From contig NW_026862742.1 of the NCBI RefSeq assembly GCF_026571515.1, positions 186,001 to 250,000 of the forward strand: a stretch of 64,000 bases of DNA. The letters run 5' to 3'. How positions within the stretch are numbered: the stretch's first letter is position 1; each line of letters begins with the position of its first letter. This DNA comes from Ruditapes philippinarum. Taxonomy: Eukaryota. Of the stretch, positions 12,863-25,281 are shown in pieces. Under the pieces are notes generated by a model. That model had not been told where the DNA came from, made no database searches, and worked only from the letters and a program-made list of their open reading frames with translations. A program made the position numbers and the translations under genes.

Positions 12863-15800
12863 CTATTTCTGTTTGCAACATTTGCAACAAATCTGTTTTA
12901 TAACTTTGTCGTATGGTTCCAAAGATCGACACCATGACGGCAGAAACTTCCAAGTCTTCAGCTTCACGGGAAGTACATCCGGACGTTTTGTTTGCAAAAT
13001 GTTTATTACTGCAATGCAGAGTAGGATAATAATCAATGGCACACTAACTACAACGAGTGCTATTCGACTGATAGACGACAATCCGAACACCACAGCTGGT
13101 AAAATGACAAATAATACAAGAAGATAAGCAACGGAGTACCAGCGGTACCTTGCAGTTTTGTTTCCAAGAAATTTAGCCATACGAATAGGTAATCTTGTCA
13201 TTGGAATAGGGTAGTAAAGTAACACACCAGAAATGTTAAAGAAAACGTGACACAATGCTACGTGGAAGGCAATTGGCATGTCGTCTGCATTTTGTGACAA
13301 CGCGATTATAATAGCTACAAAAGTCGTTCCAAGATTGGCACCTAAAGTCAACGGATACATGCGTTCCATAGAAAGAATTCCAATACCAACTAAAGGTGTT
13401 AATGCTGATGTAAACACAGAGCTTGACTGTATTGTCATCGTAATACCAGTTCCGATTAATATTGCTATATAGCCCGTAAGGTACCGAAATATTCCAGGGA
13501 AATCAGAATTGATAAATTTCCTTACTATTGCAAGAATTTGTCCACGCATTACAGAGTAAAGCGTCCGAACCAATGTGAAGAAACAAGCGCTTAAGAGTAT
13601 CAATGTGATGATTAACAACACGATTCCAACCGTGGTATCGCTCCAAGATACAGACGCAAACATATAATTGCCTGAAATGTTAATTTGAAATAATGTTATA
13701 ATATAATATTTTTTCGCTACTCTGAACTTTCATATTGAAATTTATTATATACTTATAAATGGAATATTGAGAAATATTGATGAAATAAAATGCGTATTTT
13801 CATTTCCCGTATTTTCACTGTAAAAATTTATTTTTCACTGCAGTGAAACATATTTTCCGTATTTTCACTGGTGTCTTGCCGGACTACTTTCTTTTAAATT
13901 CTACCAGTACACAAAATTTAAGGGAAAGTTTTTCAAATTTTATCGAAAAAAAGGGAAAATTTACATAATAAACAGAAAATTCAAGTTTTTTCTATAAATA
14001 CATGATTTATTTTCATCTTGTGGCATGAAAATTACCATATTTCACTCGTGGCTACCGCCACTCATGAAATATTTATTTTCATACCACTCGATGAAAATAA
14101 ATCATGTATTTATAGAAAAAACTTGAATTTCCTCTATATATTTAAATGAGTATAATGCCAGACATATCTAAGTGTCAACTATTACATGAAAAGTGTAGTA
14201 TATTATCATTACAACACTATAAATGCATGATATGAATACATACTCGTAATACGCATGCCTTATAGGTTTGACATCTACGATTACCAAGTTGTATTGTGCG
14301 GCTTGTCATTGTGCATGAATATTGCTCACCTTGGTCTTTGCTCTCATGTTTATAAGACATTAATAAATATTATTAAACTGAAACTCACACTTTGTTATAC
14401 AAATTTTGGTCGACCCATCGTCCATATGCAAACTAGATGTATTGTCGAAATAAGTAGTATTAGAATACATTCGAGGAAATGAGCTGTTGTTTGTCCAGTA
14501 CTTCCATTTACAACACTGCTTGATAATACTTTTCTGAGAAGCACCTTCCTTTCCTTCAGCAATATCTGACAGCACGCCTTTGTCGAGCTGTAAACATATG
14601 CTAGATAAAAGTATACATATTTAAAACACATTTTAACTCTGTATAGAAAAAAGCGATAAGCAAAAATATTGCTTTAATTTTATCACGTTAACAAACTCTA
14701 GATATAATCGGACAAAAACTATTGATGATTTTTCTAAATAGTGCCTCTTATCATGCAATAAAGGGTCTGAATTAACACGTAAGAGACCAGCAAAATAACA
14801 CAACAGAGATTGTATGTCACAATTTAATCTATCATCGACTTAGTTGACAAATATTCGATTATCATAATAAACAAGCTAGACATATAAAATACTGAAAAGA
14901 ATATAGTGTTCAAATATAAGACATACCTGCACAAAAAGATTTGATAGTGGTTTAGTAAGGGTGTTCAAGAGTTGCAATGATTTTCTTTTCTCTCGTGATT
15001 TTGGAAACTCAACAGAAGCCAAAATAGCCTTCGTAAGGTAATAGAGATAACCTGTCAGAAATTATTATAGAATGTATGTCTTGGATCCTAAAAACAACCT
15101 AGCAATCAACTTTTTTTTTGGAAATAGCATGGATCTTTCTTAATCAAAAAATTCAAAATTAGCTCCATATCTTCATGAATGAACATACAGACAGTAATCA
15201 AAACACCATAAAAACAATAAAAAACAGCAACAAAAAACAACACACAAACGAACAAAAAATAAACATTTTTTTGATGTTAATAATGTCAACAATTTTAGCA
15301 TTTTTAACCAGTAAATACTACATAACTAGACCTGTTGCTGCTTCTAATGGTAAGAAGACAACTACTGTCATCCAATTAAAGACATCATTAACGGTTGCCC
15401 CTGCAAACGCTCGTCTAAATTCTTCTTTCTTTGTGATCTGTCCCATGGCAACGATTGTACTTGTTGTTGATGTCCCTATGTTTGCACCCATTACAATTGG
15501 AATCACATCACGAACTGTCAGTACTTAAAAATTAAAAATATTTATTATATAAGATAAGGTAGTTTTATCAAAATGGAGAAAATATAAACACAGTTTCTTT
15601 GTTGCATATAGTATATGTATGTATAATAAACATATCTCTGTATACTCAAACATCAATAAGCGATACAATTCAATGTGATATACATGTACCATTGAGTCTA
15701 AACAGCTCTGCTTTATGACTATTGAAATATGGAACCTTTCTTAATTAGAAATATAGATGCTACATATATGTAGTAAATTAAAGCTTTAGATTGATTAAAT

Positions 15801-18800
15801 TCCTTAATGAACATTATAAACAATTAACTAAAGAACATATTCTTTGTTCCTAAACAGCAACATGTACAAAGAATAGAATACAGACTTTTTGTCCGGTCCA
15901 TTGATATCGAAGTGTATCAGTGGAGTTAAAAAATAAATGTACACAAAAATATTTACATGTACTTACATTGTATCAAACGATAACATATACAAAACTTTCA
16001 AACTATTTTATTTCACAATGTAAGTTTTCTTCAATTTTCTGTATAAATATTTCCTGATTCATCTTTACACGGTAGGGAATCACGTGACTTTTACGGTTAC
16101 GCGTACAGACAATATGGCGGCCTAAAAACCTCGCTTCACATGTGTTTTTCAGGTAATTCTTTATTATATCCCTTTACTTACATACGAGACCTGTTGCAGC
16201 CTACGCAGAATAAAGAATTGTTGCCGCCTATACCTTATTTTCCACCCCTGTGCTCATAGCTTTTACAAACACTCAAAAATTCAAAAGAAATTTTCAATGT
16301 AAACAATTAATATTTTCGGGTAACATTCACGCAAAATTTTGTACTATTTTTTATGAATTTGGATTAAACTAACGTCGAGTTAGCAAGGAGAAAATGTTCA
16401 TAGAATTTCTTTATTTGAAAAAATGTAAATATTAGGTATTGTTAAATGTTGACTGGTCAATTTTCTATTCCATTACACGAGAGAAAAATGATTTTTGTGT
16501 AACTCCACGCATAAATTTTAATTGTTGATAACTCCCACGCAATATTTTATGTGCAGGCAATATCTATGCAGGTTATAGCCTAGATATTTGATTGAAAAAA
16601 AAAAAAAAAATCATGATTGATGCATTTAGCATCAAACTTTCATTAGAATTTTGGGAATAATATTTGAAAATACCGCACATAGGTCCTTGATAGAAGTAAA
16701 AACCCCAGCAGGCACATCAAAACGGTGAAACAACGTTGAAGTATGATCAGATTCCAACGTTGAAATAACGTTAGATTTTATGTTCGAATTTGAAAGTTTA
16801 AAAAAAACGTTGAAGTTCAACGTTTTGCACAACGTTGAAGTTTCAATGTCATTTCCAACATACTTTAATATAAATAATATAAAGCAAAGTACTGTACGTA
16901 ACAGAGTTTAACAAAAAAAATCAAGGCACTATTAAATACTTCAGCTATTTTATTTCAAAACTAAAAGTTCAAGTGTAGCTAAAATTCAAAAACGATTTAA
17001 GAAGTCCCTTTTTAGTTTAACAATTAAGCTACAACTATCTGTTCCAATCTACCACTAGTTCTTCTTCTAGAGCTCTGGTATGTCTTTAAGTGTGTCATGA
17101 TGGTGTTTGAATACTTCTACTGCTTCTGCAAATAAAATAAGAAGTTACATGTTAAAATTGACTTGGTCAATCTCAAATTATTATAATAATTAATCAACTT
17201 AGTGATTTGTTTTATCTTAAAATGCTTATCTTCTAAGACTTACATAATAAAACAGCATATAGAAATTAAGATACAGTCTGAAGTTTCATATTGACAGTAA
17301 ATTATGTACAAAAACAACAAAAACTTTTTAAAAAAAGCTATTTAACCCTTAACCTCATATATACGCGACACAACGCACTTTCGACCCCCCCCCCCTTTTT
17401 TTTTTAGGCCTGAAAATAGTGAGAAAATGTCCTATTTTTCCCCAAACACATGTTTTTCGTTTGAGAAATGTTGTTAAAAAAAGTGAGCACTTTTTTCGGC
17501 GCCGCCCCCTGTCCAAAAGATACTTCAGGGGGTTGCCAGAAGGGGATGTGCCCCTTCTTTTTGGGGGTTTGAAGGGGGCGGATACAGTCCTTCCTCATCG
17601 CAAAGAAAATTTTGGACTTGTGAGAGGCTTTTAAATTACCCCAGGGCGATCATGAGGTAAGGTGTTATCAAACGCTGAAAAAAGCCTTTGACTCTATCTC
17701 AAAATTCCCCTTGAGAAGTTGGCAGCCACTTTGAAGTAAATTTTGATGGAAAAAAAATCGGAGACAAAAATAGTGATTTTTTTGGCAATTTTGGAGGATG
17801 TCCCCTCGTTGCCATGGTTTAGCTAGAAATTTAAGAGTTGAAAGGGAGGCTTTTTCAGGTGGAAAAAATGGGCCACCACTTTTTCACCCAAATATTGCCC
17901 ACTGGGTGAAAAGGGTTAACTTAAAAAATTTATAAATTGCTTAACAAAAACAAACCAATTTTTCAACCAAAAATTCAGGTAAAAGACCACATGCTTTAAC
18001 ATGTTAAAAACTATGATTTTGGGTGATTCAAAAAGGTTTTTTAAATCATTTTTTGTTAGCCCTTTACCCCTTTGCCATGGTAACAGGGAAATTTAAGGGA
18101 TGATTCATGTCGTTACAAAAGCAATGGTCCAGTCAACATTTTGTGCCAAATTTGTTAGTATTGAAGCAATTTTTCAAGTTTCATAAAGCAGTTTGAACTT
18201 GTAAGAGGAGGCTTTTCAGTGGAAAAATGGCCATTTTTTCACAAAATATGTCATGGGGGAAAGGGTTAAGTCTGAACCTTATAATTGGTAAGAAAAACTT
18301 GCTCCCATTCAGTTACGTCAGGCATTTTCCCAAGAAACAGTCCTTTCCATGTTAAATTTTTATGGTAATTAGAAGCTTCGAAGCTGTTAATACTTTAAAT
18401 TTTAGGCCCAGGACCAGGATCTAGAATATAAAAATAGAAAACTTTTTATTCCCCTTATAATATTCACGGCAATTAAACTTAAAATTTTAACACTCAACTT
18501 TATTATTTTAACCACAAAAAGTTTAATCAATATTTAATTTTGAAAAATGCAATGGATTTAAATGTATTTTTCAAACTAATTCACATTTAATTTTACTAAT
18601 CACTAAGATATAAAAGTAATACAACTAAATTGGACGAATCGTCTTGGGGCGTAAAAATTAATATGGGGCGAACAAACACGTCATCTGCTTAATAGGTTAC
18701 AATAATATGATTGTAAAAAATTTCAAAAAAGGCATGGCTTGTAAAAATCATAAAATTGGCCAAAAGGAATTCAATAACTTTCGGCGTAAGGCCTTACCAA

Positions 18801-21800
18801 AACGCCCAAAACATTCAAATTAGGTCGCAAATTTTGATACAAAAGTCTTAAAATATTAGAATGAGGTTTTTGTATTTCTGTTTTTATTAGTAAAATTACA
18901 GTTTGTCATTTTTTTTCATATTTTGGGGCAGATATGGAAAAGGTTCATCTTCGGATTTGTTTTGTGATAAATGTGGGAAACATTTCATTCGCGGATAGGT
19001 CTCAAATTGACCAATGAAACAGGGTCTACACGGCCACAGGACCTTAATAAATGTTGTTGGTAAAAACATTTTTATAGCCCAGCAAATCGGAAAACGTTAC
19101 GGTTTTTCTGCTGATATTAAGATGACCATTTCCCAACATAAGTCCTCTAGATTTTATTACCTAGTTTGTAAAATAAAAGAAACCCATTCTAATATAGTTT
19201 AGGTTGTTTTTTTTTTATGCTTTTAGGCGCATATTTAAAAAAAAACCGCACACAACATAATAATAGTTAAATACCAGGACACTAAAATTTGAAAAAAGTT
19301 GGTTTCATTTAAAAAGACTAAGTGATAAAATGACTTAGACTTGAATGTCTTTAAAAATCTTAATATAACGAATAACATAAAATGCCATACCTGTCCGTTT
19401 CGATTTGTCACAACATTTACAAAAGTCCTGGTGCCGAGGGTAAGGCCAGTTTATGACGGTCATTAAAGACAAATGTTTGCCCAAACATTATCCACAAACA
19501 ATTACCCGAACTGGAATAGCCCATATCTGCAAAACTATGAAAAAATGAACAACTGTAATTGTGCTTATACTGAAAATCGACCTCCTTATATTTGAGACTT
19601 TTAATTTTAATTTTTCTGCGATTAAAATTCATCTTAATATAATCGAAACTTCATTTAATATATTCACGTGAGTATGTATTCTGCTATCCATAGGGGCTTT
19701 ATTTCTATCCAGGGACCTTTTGGGAGGCGGTATTTTTAATATTATTTCCCAAAATTCTTTTGAACGTTTGAAGGCTAAATGGCCATTCAATCATTTCGAA
19801 TTTTGTTCAATCAAATATCTAGGCTATAACCTGCATAGATATTGCCTGCCCAATTATTAAAAATATTGCGTGGGAGTTTAATCAACAATTTAAAAGTATG
19901 CGTGGGAGTTACCCCAAACCATTTTTTCTCTTATGTTTTTGGAAATAGAAAAAAGAGACCAGTTCAACAAATTTAAATTGCCTAATATTTACATTTTCAA
20001 AATAAAGGAAAATTCTATTGAACATTTTCTCACTTGCTAAACTCGGACACGTGTTTAATCAAAAATTCATAAAAAATACCCCAAATTTTGCGTGAATGTT
20101 ACCTTACCCAAATATAATTGTTCACATTGAAAATTTTGTTGAATTTTTGAGTGTTTTGTAAAACTATGAGGGGCCAGGAGTTTTGGAAACTAAAGTATAG
20201 GCGGCAACAAATTCTTTATTCTCGTAGTCCCCGGCTGGCAAAACAGGTCTCGTTATGTAAGTTAAAAGGGATATAATAAAGAATTACCTTAAAAACACAT
20301 GTTAAGCGAGGTTTTTAGGCCGCCATATTGTCTGTACGCGTAACCGTAAAAGTCACGTGATTCCCTACCGTGCTTTATAAATTTCCCATTTCTGGACATA
20401 CAAACAATTCATCAAGAATTACGTACCCAGTTAAATGATATCTAATTTAAGATTCAAATAATTCACACTGGCTAAAATACGAGGAAAAAAAACCCCCAAA
20501 GATCAACAATATGGGGTGGGATCCAATGAGCATATCCATCAACACGACCCTGCAACACTAGACTACCGACAAGGTACACCGATTAAATTTCAGGTATCAA
20601 CTTCAAACAAATGATTTGAGTTGTATTGGAGCATCGTCTATTTCATGAACCAGTTCACAAAACAGAACACACAAAAAGCATGGTCTCCAAAACATTGAAT
20701 ATTATAAAACATCGCGTTTGTCCATGCTCAAATCAATATTGCTATTATCTGTTTCCAAAATGTGGAACCTGGTGCCGAAATGAAATATAAACAAACCTTT
20801 AGAAACAGCCAGGCTCTTATTGCAATACCAATGGTTCCTTGTTGAAGAAGATTGAAATATGGAAGTTGCGTAGAACTCCAATCATCATCAACAGACAGCA
20901 ACAGGGTACTAGAGTACATGCGCAGTTTTGGAAACACGAACCTGCCGTTTGCCCTTGAAATAGTTTTATATTATTATATAATTTGACAATTAGGAAAAAA
21001 AAGTGCGCGTTATGTTTCATTAATGATGCTTGATCGAACAATTATTACAAAGTAATAATGTAATTTTATCATATTTAAATAGCGCAATTACAAAGAAATT
21101 ATTTCAGTTCACTGTGAATTTTATGTGTTTACTCGTGTAGATTTTACCGAAAACAGTTTGCAATCAGATCTCTTCCGATTCATTTGTTGACAGTTTTTCG
21201 GGGCCTACGTCATTATCAGCGATAGGTGCCAGTGTTGTTTTCTTAAAGAGTATTTTATTTATTGTAAGATTTGACGACCTAAGATTTGTTTAAGATTTGT
21301 GCAAAAATTGATATGAATATATGCGCTGATAATTGATATGTGTCTATGCAAAATTTAGAAAGTAGAGTTAAAATACCTTTATATAATTTTTGTAGTCATT
21401 AAAAATTTATTTTCATAAAACTTATTTTTGTCAAGTTACGTTATAAATGTTTGGGATTTGATTTTTAAGGGTTTTGTGTTGGAAGAGGGGGAACGTGAGC
21501 GGTGGTATAGTGTAAGTCTATGGCCACGCGATGTTCACCTGTGTGGTCTTTCTAGCTCCTTTACATAAAATATAACAAAATCTACACTGTTGTCTGTATA
21601 TGTATTTTAAAGAAAATGGTAAAAAAATCATTATTTTTACAAGCAATGCCAAAAGACGATATATAAGTATATTTTATGTTAATATATTTAACATCTTTTG
21701 TTTAAGGGTACTTGTGAGTTTAAATTGTAACATATTTAACGCTTACCTCCAATTAACCGAAATGATTTACTCATCAAGTCCAGAGAGCAAATGAAGAAAT

Positions 21801-23367
21801 AAAGACAGCCAAGTAATAAAATTGTTTTTCCAACACCAACTGCCACACGCTTCACTTTCATATAACAACTTAGGTCTAGAAGCAACGGACCATTTATTAA
21901 AATAAACGAATATACCTATTTGTAATTGTTTAAATAATACTTTGTGTAGTTATTGGTAATAATAAACAAGACTTCTTAATTCATATAAAGAAAAGTACAT
22001 GTGTAATTAGTATTGGTAATACAATTGCTAAGCTCTTCAATAAGATATATAACCATGTCATAAAACCATGTCAGAATTATGACATATCATGATTATGTTA
22101 ATTGTGATTGCAAATAGTTAACTGACAATGGAAACAGATTGAATTTTTTTGTCAATCTATATGCTCACACCAAACTGTACATTATAAAATTTAGCAATAT
22201 GGGAAACTTAAGGCTCATAGATAACGTCAAAAATAAAATATTTCATCCGCGATTTATGAGCCATTTTCATTGACTTCAATAGTTGATGCATTCTACCGTT
22301 AAGACTCTCTAGCACTCTCTAGTGTGTTTTATGGCGGTTATCATAGAACATTTTACATGGTGCTATCATGTCATTTCACGATAAGATAAAAATAATGCTA
22401 TGGATATCGCACTAGATAAAAGTAAGTTTGAGAGGAAATCAGAGTGTAATATCGACAGCCTTCAAAATACCTAATTGAGTATCAGGCAGAATGTCCAAAA
22501 TGAGATTATATAATAAACAGAAATAGAATAAACCATAGGAAAATGGCAAAAATGAAACAACCAATCATACCACACTTACAACGGTATATTTACAGATATG
22601 AAATACAAGTGCAAAAGCTATCATTTGTTTTCATTTTTTTATAAAATTGTCTAGCACTTTTGTTCATAAATTTTAAGGAACTGTTTTATCTTGTAAAAAA
22701 AGATATCCGCATACTTGAATATCTTTAAATGATATGAATCAAGGTACCTGACCATTTTGTGAATATTACTTGAACTTCTGGTAACTCCCAAGGATCTACC
22801 TCTATGTGTACCTCCGGTTCCTTGTGTGCATCACTGTCATTCTGACCGGTGTATGCTTTATTCTGCAATTAATTACGAAAGATACAGAAAGCTCACTTCA
22901 GCCAGTGTAAATTTATATGAACCTAAAAGAATCAGAAATTATGCTTAATGTTTTCATATTTATGAAGCATATTCAATGTACTGAATATTGTTTTACAAAA
23001 TGTTGTGTATATTAAACGTTATGTTACGGAACTGTCACTTTTCGTCGTTACCTATCGGCTATAGGAGCAGTACCGTATGAAAAACAGTACAACATCTGCT
23101 GGGCAAACACCTTTTTAGAGGCAAAGATTTCTGTTGTTGCTTGAGGGGCGTTGCTCTAGATGGATTAATATTTATATTGCATTATGAAGTCTAACTTAAG
23201 AGGTATTAAAACAGTTGTTGTGAAAGGGTTTTTGCTCAAGAGAAAAAGATCAAATCTTATTTAGACCACATAACAGTACAATTACGAAATTTTTAGAAAA
23301 AGTGAGTAAGATTGGTAATTATTCTCACCGATACTAGTACGCCTAATTCCAAATTATTTTCTTCCAT
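12863..23367 (-). CDS. SLC34A: Type II Na-dependent phosphate cotransporter (SLC34 family), copy A, 8 coding exons
   Basis: Exons (minus): 23329-23367, 22748-22862, 21747-21875, ~20797-20953 (indel-ridden), 15332-15523, 14927-15051, 14389-14587, 12863-13671, all GT-AG. Motifs [58 protein letters not shown]-terminal CCKCC. Confidence 0.9.
13745..14140. mobile_element. Hairpin-type non-autonomous element (Crypton-like) in the last SLC34-A intron
   Basis: About 40-bp inverted repeat AAATTCAAGTTTTTTCTATAAATACATGATTTATTTTCATC (~13978) and its reverse complement (~14090-14130) flank CACTCGTGGCTACCGCCACTCATG. Internal ATTTTCACTG repeats. Confidence 0.6.
16703..16860 (+). mobile_element. End of a nested element with AACGTTGAA sub-terminal repeats (CACTA/EnSpm-like, truncated)
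   Basis: Begins CCCCAGCAGGCACA exactly where similarity between the large TIR arms stops; several AACGTT(GAA) repeats follow. Other end not found. Confidence 0.4.
17342..17919 (-). mobile_element. piggyBac-like TTAA MITE (family also at 39040 and 63334)
   Basis: TTAA|CCCTT...AAGGG|TTAA ends; reverse complement is colinear with 63334-63968. Confidence 0.75.
18060..18268 (-). mobile_element. Partial second copy of the same TTAA MITE
   Basis: Reverse complement TTAACCCTTTCCCCATG...CAAGTTCAAACTGCT...GTTACCATGGCAA matches 63334-63525. Confidence 0.7.
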
Positions 23368-25281
23368 CGCTGAAATCACGGCAGTGACTTATATTGAATA
23401 TGTAGTACAATCAACAAGGAAAAACGTGCCTTTTCATTGTAAGGCATCTCTGATGAGTAATACAATTCTTTAGTGTACATTATCGGGTGTGTTTGCACAT
23501 AGTTATAATTAAATAAAACTGTACAGTTTCTTAAGAAGCAAATATGCCTGTTCCGTGGTTACTAGTATTCAGCAAAAAAATACTCAGATTGGTCGATAAC
23601 GTTTGTTATACTTTTTTCTATTAATTTATCGTAAAATTTGTGTTTATCATTTTTAAGTATTGTCATTAGCCCAAACTTTTACAGTTACGATGAAGGAAAA
23701 CGCCGGTTACCCTTTCCGTGGGTACTTTCATTACCAATGACTGTATTCGTTTGTATTGGAAATCAATGTTAAACGTTTTCACTCTTATCATTTTTCAAAA
23801 TTAAAAGTCAAATTCTGAAGAATATGGTGCTAGTAAGCCACGTTAAAGTTCAAATAGATGATATAGATATCTCATTGAACCAACAAGTATAAATCATATT
23901 ATATAACAGACCATCAATTTGTTTCTTAAGATATTCAGATGTGCGATAACATTTAATCAACAGTTGATGATAAATTTATATTTTGATTTTTATATACAGT
24001 GATAAGAAATACGCGAGAATAAAAAAAGATAGACATTCAATTCATCAAATTGCTGTTGTTTCCGTAATTCGATATTTAGGTATCACCTAGCCTATATTTT
24101 TGACCAATTGCAAATTAGGACATTATATTTTTAAACTTAGTCTAATTGTAAGTGCTTAAAATTCCAGAACACGTTCCATGTAATTGGGGGATGTGTCCTA
24201 TCTACCAGGTTATTAAATGTATGTTAAATAATAACAAAACATAGATATGCAATTGAAAAAGTAAAAACCGCATAATCCAGTTCTTACATGTAAGTATGCA
24301 AAATAAAAAACACCAGGACAGGACCGGATAACCAGCCAATATGAGATGGTATCGCAAACATCAACTTCTCTTGGAGACACTTTTTTTCTAAGACTTTGAT
24401 ATTTTAAATATACAATTTGATTATTTATGTAGCATGTGGATAAGCTCAAATGGTCAAGGCTTTTGAACAAAAAATATTTTTTGTTTCAGTTCAGGAACAT
24501 GTGAACGATACCAGATTAAGATAAATATGTAAGCAGGTCATCTTAGATCTATGTTAAGATGAAGGATATAAATGGCTCTATTCCAAAAATGATCTTCGTA
24601 TTTTCATTGTCAGATTTAAAACCATAACATTGTTACATGTATCAATGATCCTTAAGGATCTAGTATTTATTTATATTCCTGTGATCTCAGCCCATTGTAA
24701 TGCGTTGTTTGTTTAGCTACCGATATCACCGCTTAAATTGTGAAACCCGAACAATGTCGATTGTATACCGAACCAAGTCTCAACTTGTATTTCACAACAT
24801 CTTTAATGTTCTTAAACTCTCTGTCGTTTATCTCTCAGTTGAAAAAAACTTACAAACATAGCCTTGATAGCTGAATTTCTCTTTTCACCAACTGAACATA
24901 ATAATAGTCATATTAACATTGTAAAGCAATATGAGCGAATTAAAGCCTCCGCAACTTTGGGACAATCGAAAGTATTTTAATAATGTTTTATATTATACTT
25001 TATTTGCATCTCCTGATGTTGCTATCTCAAAGGTGTAATCCTACTGAAATTTTTAAACATAAAACCCTACATGCAATGAGTTATGTTATCTGGACAACGA
25101 TTTATCGTCATTTAGCTGAGTGTTATGGAAATAATGGTGTAAATGGTTTTGACTCCCAATACGAAATCCAGATGAATTTAGAATAAAAGTGAACATCAAT
25201 AGAATTAATAGATCACAAACATTTCATTTAAAGATTTTACATATAGAATTAAAGTGGTTTGTTTAAATCCTTTTAAAATTT

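Larger units (their letters stand above)
16068..20372. mobile_element. 4.3-kb DNA transposon with ~630-bp TIRs, CAC..GTG termini and 5-bp TSD (Transib/RAG-like or hAT5 by end structure), in SLC34-A intron 4
   Basis: CACGGTAGGGAATCACGTGACTTTTACGGTTACGCG at 16068 and its exact reverse complement ending at 20372. Flanks CTTTA|...|CTTTA. Arms ~16068-16702 and ~19697-20372. No transposase recognised. Confidence 0.85.

Noticed and set aside
12873-13472. Plus-strand ORFs overlapping SLC34 exons (also 25761-26042, 53397-53630, 57720-57911)
   Set aside because: Antisense shadows of real coding exons.
17030-17130. Exon-like segment on the minus strand ([17 protein letters not shown])
   Set aside because: Good acceptor but an immediate stop and no partner exons; probably a relic of the nested element.
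16700-19700. RAG1/Transib transposase inside the CAC-ended element
   Set aside because: No recognisable RAG1-core, zinc-binding or DDE motifs and no long ORF; the interior is mostly nested MITEs and error-prone sequence.
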